From Pseudomonadota bacterium (lineage in GTDB: Bacteria; Bdellovibrionota_B; Oligoflexia; Oligoflexales; CAIMVM01): a stretch of 38,273 bases of DNA. The stretch covers positions 1-38,273 of the forward strand of contig JBAXBA010000031.1 of the NCBI GenBank assembly GCA_037142195.1. Direction: 5' to 3'. The position numbers and the translations under genes were made by a program. This document shows, one piece after another, positions 9,219-17,659 of this stretch. Below the pieces are notes generated by a model. It ran no database searches. It was given only the letters and a program-made list of their open reading frames with translations, and was not told the origin of the DNA. Numbering within the stretch: the stretch's first letter is position 1; every line of letters begins with the position of its first letter.

Positions 9219-10400
9219 TTGAATCGCGCTATTGAAGCTGCTAAAAAATTCGCTGGTTTGCACAACGTCATCAACATTGAAGAGCATCCCGGTGGAAATG
9301 TAAACGACACCTTTGTCGTTTCGACAAAAGATAAGGGTCGATTTATTTTGCAAAGGCTCAATACTAAAGTCTTTAAAAACCCGAAGCTAGTCATTGCGAA
9401 TATGTGCAGCATCGCTGAACACACCCAAAAAATTTTAGAGAAGACCCCCCTTCCTCAGTCAAGGCGTTGGGTAGTCCCGAGTGTCCTGTATACTCAGCCC
9501 ACAGACCTTTCAGACCCGAACGCCTTTTGGATCGATGAAGATCTTGGCTTTTGGCGTGCGATCACATATGTAGAAAATGCTACAGCACACCAAAAAATCA
9601 AAAGCCCACTCCATGGTTTCGAAGTAGGATTTGGTCTTGGGCTCTTTCAGTCTTTAATCTCCAACCTGAAACCAACAGACCTGCATGATACATTGCCAGG
9701 ATTTCATATTACGCCAAAATACCTACAAAAATTCCAAGAGGCCACGTTGACTAGGTCCTCGCCATCCTCCACACTTGAAGAAAACTACTGCTTCAAGTTT
9801 ATTGATGAGAGAGCCTCTTGGTGTTCCGTATTGGAGGATGCTGCAGCAAAAAAAATATTAAAGGTCAGACCCATTCATGGAGACCCTAAAACCGCCAATA
9901 TCATGTTAGACAATGACACTTCGCAAGCAGTAGCTTTAATTGATCTCGACACTGTTAAGCCTGGCCTCGTTCATTATGACATTGGGGATTGTCTAAGATC
10001 ATCCTGTAATACTGCTGGCGAGGAGTGCACAGATTTTAGTTCGATTGATTTCGATGTCACTATGTCTAAACAGATCTTAAAAGGATATCTTTCGATTGCC
10101 TCTTCTTTTTTCACAGAAGAGGATTACGAGTACCTCTATGACTCGGCGCGGTTAATTTCCTTTGAACTGGGAATGCGCTTTTTTACGGACTACTTAGAAA
10201 ACAACACCTACTTTAAAGTGAAACACATTAACCACAATCTTGAGCGAGCCATCATACAATTTAAACTCACCGAGGCCATTGAAACTCGAGAATCAGAAAT
10301 TAGAAAAGTAATCCTCGCAGCCAAAAAAGAAGCAAATGATTCTAACCTTTTTGACGAATTGAAAAATCAATTGCATTTATATCAACCAGCGGCGCGGTAA
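9219..10400 (+). CDS. APH-superfamily phosphotransferase, N-acetylhexosamine 1-kinase-like
   Basis: GNVNDTF, ILQRLN, LHDTLPGFH, HGDPKTANIM, IDLDTV, YDIGDCLRS, GMRFFTDYL, HNLERA. Confidence 0.82.
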   Translation: MNRAIEAAKKFAGLHNVINIEEHPGGNVNDTFVVSTKDKGRFILQRLNTKVFKNPKLVIANMCSIAEHTQKILEKTPLPQSRRWVVPSVLYTQPTDLSDPNAFWIDEDLGFWRAITYVENATAHQKIKSPLHGFEVGFGLGLFQSLISNLKPTDLHDTLPGFHITPKYLQKFQEATLTRSSPSSTLEENYCFKFIDERASWCSVLEDAAAKKILKVRPIHGDPKTANIMLDNDTSQAVALIDLDTVKPGLVHYDIGDCLRSSCNTAGEECTDFSSIDFDVTMSKQILKGYLSIASSFFTEEDYEYLYDSARLISFELGMRFFTDYLENNTYFKVKHINHNLERAIIQFKLTEAIETRESEIRKVILAAKKEANDSNLFDELKNQLHLYQPAAR

Positions 10401-10922
10401 TCGCAGTACCCCCACTCGGGAAGGACCACTCCGACCTAATATTATCAGGACTTGACTCCGCCTTCTCAAAATACCTAACTTGAGAAGGACTTACTTCAGA
10501 TCTCAAAGAAATTACTAGCAAACAAAAAATTCTTCTTGTTAGCAATCAAAATAGAGATTGAATATAATCTTCGTATTTAGCGCACGAAAACAGCATAGAG
10601 ACTTCTAAAGATTTTTATAAACTCGCAGAATAATGATTTATCACTTTATAAGGCAAACAAAATAGTTCGTCAAAATTATTGCCAAATAAAAAAGAGAAAA
10701 ATAGTATTAGAGAAAAACTTTCACTCTACTTCAATTGGATGCCTCGAAAAAAATCCCAGAACTCCGTGGAGAGTTAGCCCCTATTCCATTCGGAATTCTA
10801 TACAGGCCCCATGAGTGACATATATTTTAATGAGAGAATAAATGACGATAATAAAAGCTATAACTCGACACAGCCGACAAACCGCATTTTGATTTCTCTA
10901 TCATGAGGAAGACCTTCTAAAC

Positions 10923-11207
10923 TCAACCGGCCTTTTTTTTCTCCTTCACATGTTGAGTCAATACCACTTTAAGGTAAGTCTGGTAGCTACTAAAACCCTC
11001 AGCCTCAGCAAGAGCCCGAAGGTCAATAATCAGCGAATGGGGCAATCGAATTGAGGTAGGCTCTACCTTATCCATTGCTGGTGGGTTAACTCGCCTGGCA
11101 AATTCAACGGAATTGCCTAGTTCTTTATTCTCCCACCTCTCTTGGTCGCCATCATTCAAGGCTTCCTTAGAGATTTTTTCCATTTCTTTTTTAGTTATTT
11201 TGCTCAT
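10923..11207 (-). CDS. BrnA/CopG-like RHH antitoxin
   Basis: WENKELG segment followed by PTSIRLP...LRALAEAEG..SYQTYLKVVL RHH pattern; overlaps the toxin by 17 nt. Confidence 0.8.
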   Translation of the reverse strand: MSKITKKEMEKISKEALNDGDQERWENKELGNSVEFARRVNPPAMDKVEPTSIRLPHSLIIDLRALAEAEGFSSYQTYLKVVLTQHVKEKKKAG

Positions 11208-11478
11208 AAAGACTCACCTCTTTTAAATCTGGTTCATAGGCCGTGCGTAAGACACAAATACCCTTATCAATATAGGGGATAATAACAATTTTAAGCAGCC
11301 GGCCAGTGGAAGTCTCACCGATAAACCATACCGTGGGCGGAGTAGTCTTATTTCGTCCACGATCGTCGATAAGCCAATGCCCTTTGTGAAGGAAAAAAGC
11401 TTCTTCAATCTCGATCAAGGTCACCCCGTGAGTTGTTTCGATTTTATGAAGTATCGATTCCGTACCATAAATTTGCAT
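11191..11478 (-). CDS. BrnT-like (RelE-fold) ribonuclease toxin
   Basis: 95 aa; KI..THGVT..EIEEAF, WFIGETSTGRLLKIV, LRTAYEP; toxin-first order; RBS GAGGTG. Confidence 0.78.
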   Translation of the reverse strand: MQIYGTESILHKIETTHGVTLIEIEEAFFLHKGHWLIDDRGRNKTTPPTVWFIGETSTGRLLKIVIIPYIDKGICVLRTAYEPDLKEVSLYEQNN

Positions 11479-11509
11479 AACTCACCTCTGAGCTGCACAG
11501 CTGCGCTAC

Positions 11510-11537
11510 ATAGTAACTACATTTCAGAATCTGTCAA
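11510..11537 (-). promoter_or_regulatory. Sigma70-type promoter of the TA pair (TTGACA-N16-TACTAT) with ATGTAG direct repeats flanking the -10
   Basis: Minus strand reads TTGACA GATTCTGAAATGTAGT TACTAT GTAGCG. Confidence 0.7.
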
Positions 11538-11600
11538 TCAAAGTTCAACTTTTTTGTTTCCCTTCACCATGTCATTTTACGCTAAATTCTGGGCCCGTAG

Positions 11601-13541
11601 CTATCTCGCGGAAGCGGCTTGCAGAAGTAGCCTCAGAAGCTGCGCGTGAGCCATGGGTTTTGGTATAAAACTGTCAGCTCCAGACTCGATCGCAGTCTTA
11701 TTGTCTGCAGCAATGATTCGGTTAGAGTGAACACAAATCAGCGCTTTGGAACCACGCCCTCTCAATTCAGTCACGAGTTCAAAGCCATTTAGCGACATTT
11801 TACCCATGTCGACATCTGTAATAATGAGGTCGTATTCTTGGTCTCCAACTGCCTGCAGTGCGCCAGTAGAGCTATCAGCCTGCGTAAGTACTAACGCTTT
11901 ACTTAATTCCGGGGTTCTTGTCATATGTGACACCAAAGCACTCCTGTAGATAGATTCGTCATCCACAATCAAAACCTGTAAAGCGCGCCCTATAGACAAA
12001 TGCGCTGCCACAATGTCTTCTTCAAGTGATAACTCGCCCCTGTCCATACTTGTTGAGGATAGATTAGTTTCAGTTAACAATGTCAATTGTTTTGCGATGT
12101 CAGAGCTGTGTTTCGGAAGATTTGCAGTCGCTGAATTAACTTGGTTAGAAACGCGCAACGTAAAGAAGAATTCCACCTTGCCCTCAGGGTACTCCGGAGT
12201 CTTACTTGATTCACACCAGATCCTGCCGCCGTGAGCATTTACGACTTTTTGTGCAATAGCAAGACCCAAACCTGTACCGCCTTTTTTGCCACTAGTAAAA
12301 AAAGCGTCAAAGAGATTGGGTAGATTTTCTGCGTGAATCCATGAACCGTCATTACCTATGCAGAACCTAATCATTCCTTCTGACTCAAAAGTACCAAACC
12401 ACATGGAACCCCTATATCTCATTGCTTCGAAAGAGTTACCAACGATGTTGGAGAATACCCTGCTTATTTTCTGAATGTGGACATTAGCCATGTGTGTATG
12501 ATTAAGGTCATACGACAGGGAAATATCCGCCTCAGGATACATCCGAATCACATCACCAAGTGTCGATTCAAACAGAGACTCAGGACTTACTGGTTCTGGA
12601 ATCAACTTAACTGACGTAGAGCCCACTTCCATCACGTCAGCAAGCATACCGTCGACGCTAATCATAGCCCGGTCAATCTCCGGAACGACGCGAGACATCA
12701 CCCTCTTGACACTTTCCGGGTCCTTGGCTTTACCTAGCATAGCCAGACCCACACGTAGCATAGAAAAAGGCTTACGAACATCATGGGCGAGCATTTGGGT
12801 GGTGCGGGCGATCGCTTCCGCCTTTTGCGCCTCAATAGCCCTTTTTGACTCTTCCTCCCAGGCGTCTGCGAGTTCCCGGAACCACCTGGTAGTCATCTGA
12901 ATTTCGTCCTCACCACGATCATCTAAAAGAGTGAGCGAAATTGAATTCCCAATCCCTCGAACACGTTCACTCATTTGATGCATTGGACTCAATGTCTTAG
13001 TAGCTACGTGTCGCAAGATCGCCAAATAGAGCAGCCATGATGCAAGAATTGCCAATGCAAAGACACCCAGCTGTCGTCGATGTTCGGCCCACTCATGATT
13101 CAGAGACCGTTTCCAGGAAACAGTACAAATATCCTCACCTTTCCAGTTCTTGATCACCGAACGTTGTAGGACTGACTCATTAGAATCACCATTTGCCAAA
13201 AAAAAATATCTAAAAAGGTCCCAATCGGCGCTTTGCGAGACGCTAGATACTTGTGACTGTAAAGACCAAATAACTTGACCATCGACATTAGTTAATTCAG
13301 CTTCAACAATCGACTCACGCTTGGCAAATGCATTGAGTCCGATTCGCAAATTAACAAGGTCACCCACGCCATAGTATTGCTCAACTATGTGTTCAATTGT
13401 CCTAACTTCAGCTTCGGAAACCTCTTTAATTTCTCTAGCAAATAATGAATTTACGTAGACAACTAACAATAGACCAATCAAAAAGACATAAAGGCCAGAC
13501 ATTGCGGCAACACGTCGAATTAACAGTTTCGAAATACGCAT
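11601..13541 (-). CDS. Membrane-bound hybrid sensor histidine kinase (2 TM, periplasmic domain, HisKA, HATPase, C-terminal receiver)
   Basis: H-box AHDVRKPFS; N-box NIVGNS; FDAFFTSGKKGGTGLGL; receiver IVDDE...IITDVDMG...FIPKP. Confidence 0.93.
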   Translation of the reverse strand: MRISKLLIRRVAAMSGLYVFLIGLLLVVYVNSLFAREIKEVSEAEVRTIEHIVEQYYGVGDLVNLRIGLNAFAKRESIVEAELTNVDGQVIWSLQSQVSSVSQSADWDLFRYFFLANGDSNESVLQRSVIKNWKGEDICTVSWKRSLNHEWAEHRRQLGVFALAILASWLLYLAILRHVATKTLSPMHQMSERVRGIGNSISLTLLDDRGEDEIQMTTRWFRELADAWEEESKRAIEAQKAEAIARTTQMLAHDVRKPFSMLRVGLAMLGKAKDPESVKRVMSRVVPEIDRAMISVDGMLADVMEVGSTSVKLIPEPVSPESLFESTLGDVIRMYPEADISLSYDLNHTHMANVHIQKISRVFSNIVGNSFEAMRYRGSMWFGTFESEGMIRFCIGNDGSWIHAENLPNLFDAFFTSGKKGGTGLGLAIAQKVVNAHGGRIWCESSKTPEYPEGKVEFFFTLRVSNQVNSATANLPKHSSDIAKQLTLLTETNLSSTSMDRGELSLEEDIVAAHLSIGRALQVLIVDDESIYRSALVSHMTRTPELSKALVLTQADSSTGALQAVGDQEYDLIITDVDMGKMSLNGFELVTELRGRGSKALICVHSNRIIAADNKTAIESGADSFIPKPMAHAQLLRLLLQAASAR

Positions 13542-13544
13542 ATA

Positions 13545-14903
13545 TTACTTCGCTACCTCACAATATATATATTCTACATGGCGACTATCAAGTTGCGCCT
13601 CATACCCAAATCCCGTAGTCAAATCATTGAGCTTCAGACCTGCCTGCGCAATCATCCCTCGAATATCATCCGTAGTATAACTATAGAAAGAGAGCCCAGT
13701 TTTTGGATTTGGCACCCCGGGAGTCGGAGATGTCTCAGTTCGCAATTCAAAAGTGATCCACGCCTTTCCATGATGCGCTAGGAGTCGCTGAATATCCTTA
13801 AGAATTTTGACTGGATCGGCGATGAACTCCATGAAGCTAATGCCAGATATGTAATCGAAAAATCCATCTTCCACAAGTGGGATCCCGTCATTTAAGTCAG
13901 CGCAGGCGACTGCTGCAAAGTACCCCGTGTTAGTAGCAATCGTCACCATCTCCGCGCTAAAGTCGAGACCAAAAACTTTAGCGGCCGAGTCGTATTCACG
14001 AATTACGGCCCCAATTTTGCCTGTACCGCAAGCCAAATCGAGAAAGCGAGAAAATTTAGGAGGCGACTCGCTTTTTAAGCTTTGTTTAAACCAATTAGTA
14101 GACCGTTCCTTGGCATTTCTAGAAAACTGATTGTAGGTGGGGGCGATTAGATCATAGACTCTTTGTACAGGTCCCGGCGAAGCTTCTAAATCTGCTTTCT
14201 TGCGGAAGAAATAGGAAATAAGTTTGCTTGATGATAGATCAGCGGCCTGAAGGGAACGGTTTTCAGTTGCAAGTTCAAGAATGAAACCCATGTTAGACAT
14301 TATCTTAATCCAATACTCTGGTTTTGGTAAAACCTGGCTGACAATAACAGTAGTTTCCCCCTCCATATTTCTCAAAGTTATCTTAGTCTCGAACCAGTTG
14401 GGCCCATGAGTTGGCGTCGGATAGGTAATCACATGGGATGTTTCTACATAATCGTCGCAAGCTACTTCTCGGAATTTGGTGTAAGCATGCGGCATATTCG
14501 TTAATGGGTTTGTCGCAGTAAACAAAATAACACCATCATCCGACACTATGCGACTGGCCTCACTTAAACAAAAGTACACTGGCTGCATTTCGCAAATTGC
14601 ATTCGGAGAAAAATGAGCGGCAGCAACACTACCAGTCGGAATTTTTGTATTCCAGGCGCTTCGTTTCACAATCGAGTTCACAATATTCGGAAATCTTTCT
14701 GCCAAACGGGCGACCATATCTTCATCATTTTCAATATAGAAGACTTCGCGATCAGAAAAAAAAGGCACTAGGCGACCATGTCCCGCACCGATTTCTGCAA
14801 TCGATCCAGACGGAACCATGGTCAAAAAAAGGTCGATCAAATTGGTCTCATGTTCCATAGACCTTGTGAGCTGCTCAAATATAGCTGCGTATCCTGGTTT
14901 CAT
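13545..14903 (-). CDS. Tandem (two-domain) class I SAM-dependent methyltransferase
   Basis: Two motif-I loops, AEIGAGHGR and LDLACGTG, each with later motifs (YIEND..MV / GLDFSAEMV; RIVSDDGVILF / RLLAHHGKAWI). Confidence 0.85.
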   Translation of the reverse strand: MKPGYAAIFEQLTRSMEHETNLIDLFLTMVPSGSIAEIGAGHGRLVPFFSDREVFYIENDEDMVARLAERFPNIVNSIVKRSAWNTKIPTGSVAAAHFSPNAICEMQPVYFCLSEASRIVSDDGVILFTATNPLTNMPHAYTKFREVACDDYVETSHVITYPTPTHGPNWFETKITLRNMEGETTVIVSQVLPKPEYWIKIMSNMGFILELATENRSLQAADLSSSKLISYFFRKKADLEASPGPVQRVYDLIAPTYNQFSRNAKERSTNWFKQSLKSESPPKFSRFLDLACGTGKIGAVIREYDSAAKVFGLDFSAEMVTIATNTGYFAAVACADLNDGIPLVEDGFFDYISGISFMEFIADPVKILKDIQRLLAHHGKAWITFELRTETSPTPGVPNPKTGLSFYSYTTDDIRGMIAQAGLKLNDLTTGFGYEAQLDSRHVEYIYCEVAK

Positions 14904-17467
14904 GGAGCTCTCCTTTTTACATCACGAAATCTTGCAGTTAGCATGCCGAGTCCACTAAGCCCAGGAAAGTCCCATTTACGACTGACGACATATCGACCAT
15001 GTTCACTCCCAAGAAATGATATTCTGCAATCTTTACCCATGGCATCAAAAACTTTGTCATAAATCTGCTTTCGAACAATACCATCAAGTCCACTACCGCC
15101 AAGCTCCAACAAGGTGTCAACAGCCTTATTGTTGAATGACGACCAGTTGTACTGTTGACCTGACCGCACGAGAGGAGATAGGAGCGCATCTGGATCGATA
15201 TAGTCCGGCAAAAAACCCCATAAGGTGGCCGTATAATTTTTCGCTCGCATGCGGGCGATCAGGTCTGCGCTATCAAGTCGTTTAAACTCAATATTATAGC
15301 CGGAAGCAAGAAGCTTGTCCCTTATTTTATCATTGTTCGCAGTCGAGAAGTGACCCACCGAATTCGCATACAAGATGGTGACTTTGGTACCTTTTTTCGA
15401 CGAAGCTATTGGCAACTTCGTCTTTCCATAAAAGTCGGTCCAAAACGGGAGGCCTTCTGATAACTTAGACCATTTATATTGCTTAGCTGACTCCTCAGCA
15501 AAGGCAGCGCTAAAACGACATCTCTCGTCGCCAGTCGCGAATTCTTGCCGTCCAGCATTCAGCTGAAGAATAATCGTTTGAAGGAGATTAAATTCTCGAC
15601 TCTCATATTTTTCAGGAGGGAAAAGCACCATTTCTGCATCTGACGCGATGATCCTAAAATCAAATGCCACGAGGTTCGATGCGTCATTATACGATCGAAA
15701 TTCAATTTTTTTCGGTTCAAGATTATTTTTTCGGGCCAAGATCACCACGCCCGAATCTCGAGATTTAATCATAAATTCGCCTGTACCAATCTGTTGATTA
15801 GTCGAACTTGACTTGGAAATCGCGAAATAGGGTGTAGCTAGAATCTTTAAGAATAGCGGAAATGGGCGATCAAACTTGAATTCTATAGTATCCTCAGACA
15901 AGGCTCGGATTCCTTCGCAAGATTTTTTTGAGCCAGTAATAAAAGCATCAAAACCTTTGATATTACCAAAAGCCCATCGAGACTCTTCTTTTAAAATCGA
16001 GATCGTCCGTATTAGCGACTTTTCGACGTCAGTCGCTCGCAAATTCGCACCATCGGAAAAACGCTGAGTTTGATCTAAGGTAATGCGAATTTGAAGCCCA
16101 TCAGGCGAAATGATATGCTTCTTTGCCAGGCGAGGAACCAAGTCATTAGTCACCGTATACTCATAAAGGGAATCAAAAACCTGCCCGGTGATCGCAGCAG
16201 TTGATACGTCCGTGACTCTGCTCGGATCAAGCTGAGACGGAGTGGAAGGTAGGCCAACCATAAAGACGTCAGCTTTACCAACTGCTGGCATAAGCACAAA
16301 TGCGATAGGGGCTATGATGATTGCAGGAGTCAATCTCCCACGGTACCGCGATGATACTACCATCATCATCAATGCACTCCCCACTGCGATGCTAGTCAGC
16401 AACATGGGACTATTTCCTTGATCGAAAAAAGCGAGAAGCATTACGGCCACCAAAGTGCCTAAGTATTGTGCGAGGCGCTGCTTAACAAATGCCTTGAGGC
16501 GAATTGTTTCAGAAGTAATTTGCTGCAAGATCATTGAGATTGAGAGTTTAAAACAGCCATCTGCAATTCCCATTCCTACGATTGAGAGATAGACTATGTA
16601 TATACTTTTTGTATTGAAATATAGCACGCTAAAACCGCACGCCATTGCGGCGGCTACAAATATAAAATAAGCTGGATTCTTGATAAGTCGGTCAAGTGGC
16701 AGGACGCGCAATGTCAAAAGGGAGGTCAGAATAGCCACCACGAATATTGACGAAATCGTAGATGGTGATGCATCAAAACGATGTTTGAGAATATTGACCT
16801 CAACCACAGTGAACAAGCCGAGAGTGCACCAATAAAACAAATTCATGGCAAAGCCATAATTAGATCTATCAAATTCAGATCTTTCCCCAATCTTTGAAGT
16901 ATTGGAAGGAGCATAAATCGATTTCTTTTCTTGATAGGTGCGACAAGAAATCTGAAAGGTAACGAATGACAGGACAATCATAACAGCGGACGTATAGAAT
17001 ATAGATGAAAGACCTAGATACGTATACATGATCGGGCTTGCCGCAAACGCAACCAGTGCAGACGCTACATGCGCCATTTGGACCAAACGATTGAGTGACT
17101 GCCACTCTTCAGCAAAAAATCCGCGGACATGCGCCGTCAGACTGGCTGTTAGCAATGCCGCAACCACCAAACTTGCAAACCAACACGCGAACCACGCGAG
17201 AGAGAGAAAGGAATTAACTGCCGCTATTGCAATGAATATTGCGACAAAGGGAAAGCCGAGACTTGGAACAAGAGTCGATGTTGCCGCCCGTGAATTCACT
17301 AGAGTGAGCGCGACCAGGTTAGCGACAGCTTGAACCCCAACAATGATGGCCGTCTTGATTACGCCATCGTAGCCTAGAGCTGCTGCCACGATGCTTCCGA
17401 TTGAGATTAGCTGAGCGGCACACGAAAATACGAAATAGGACAGAACAAATTGTATCTTAGAATTCAT
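14900..17467 (-). CDS. Fusion of an MFS-like multi-TM transporter (about aa 1-372) to a family-5 (OppA/DppA-like) solute-binding protein (about aa 400-855)
   Basis: About 12 hydrophobic segments in two bundles; then LDPSRV.D...QVFDSLYEY, PRLAK, FSDG..LRATDVEKSL, IGTGEF, PDYIDPD, YNWSSFNNKAVDTLL, all typical of SBP_bac_5. Confidence 0.85.
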   Translation of the reverse strand: MNSKIQFVLSYFVFSCAAQLISIGSIVAAALGYDGVIKTAIIVGVQAVANLVALTLVNSRAATSTLVPSLGFPFVAIFIAIAAVNSFLSLAWFACWFASLVVAALLTASLTAHVRGFFAEEWQSLNRLVQMAHVASALVAFAASPIMYTYLGLSSIFYTSAVMIVLSFVTFQISCRTYQEKKSIYAPSNTSKIGERSEFDRSNYGFAMNLFYWCTLGLFTVVEVNILKHRFDASPSTISSIFVVAILTSLLTLRVLPLDRLIKNPAYFIFVAAAMACGFSVLYFNTKSIYIVYLSIVGMGIADGCFKLSISMILQQITSETIRLKAFVKQRLAQYLGTLVAVMLLAFFDQGNSPMLLTSIAVGSALMMMVVSSRYRGRLTPAIIIAPIAFVLMPAVGKADVFMVGLPSTPSQLDPSRVTDVSTAAITGQVFDSLYEYTVTNDLVPRLAKKHIISPDGLQIRITLDQTQRFSDGANLRATDVEKSLIRTISILKEESRWAFGNIKGFDAFITGSKKSCEGIRALSEDTIEFKFDRPFPLFLKILATPYFAISKSSSTNQQIGTGEFMIKSRDSGVVILARKNNLEPKKIEFRSYNDASNLVAFDFRIIASDAEMVLFPPEKYESREFNLLQTIILQLNAGRQEFATGDERCRFSAAFAEESAKQYKWSKLSEGLPFWTDFYGKTKLPIASSKKGTKVTILYANSVGHFSTANNDKIRDKLLASGYNIEFKRLDSADLIARMRAKNYTATLWGFLPDYIDPDALLSPLVRSGQQYNWSSFNNKAVDTLLELGGSGLDGIVRKQIYDKVFDAMGKDCRISFLGSEHGRYVVSRKWDFPGLSGLGMLTARFRDVKRRAP

Positions 17468-17515
17468 GCAATAATCTCGCTCTATAACCTAAAGTTAATC
17501 TTCTTGGAAAAAAAT

Positions 17516-17659
17516 TCACGATTGACCCCGCACTCCACTGGGATCAAACGATATTTGCGTGGCTGCTAAAGGAATGCGTAGTCGATTTTTGGACTCAGCG
17601 GCTTCGATGCGATCTATATTGATGGCAGATAAGATTGCCGAAAATAGTGCGATTCTCAA
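17516..17659 (-). pseudogene. 47-aa ORF absent from the supplied track; signal peptide plus start of a second family-5 SBP, truncated (or a small secreted peptide)
   Basis: TTG start overlaps the acyltransferase stop (TTGA); translates MRIALFSAILSAINIDRIEAAESKNRLRIPLAATQISFDPSGVRGQS; LRIPL...SFDPS parallels FMVGL...QLDPS of the fused SBP. Confidence 0.55.
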
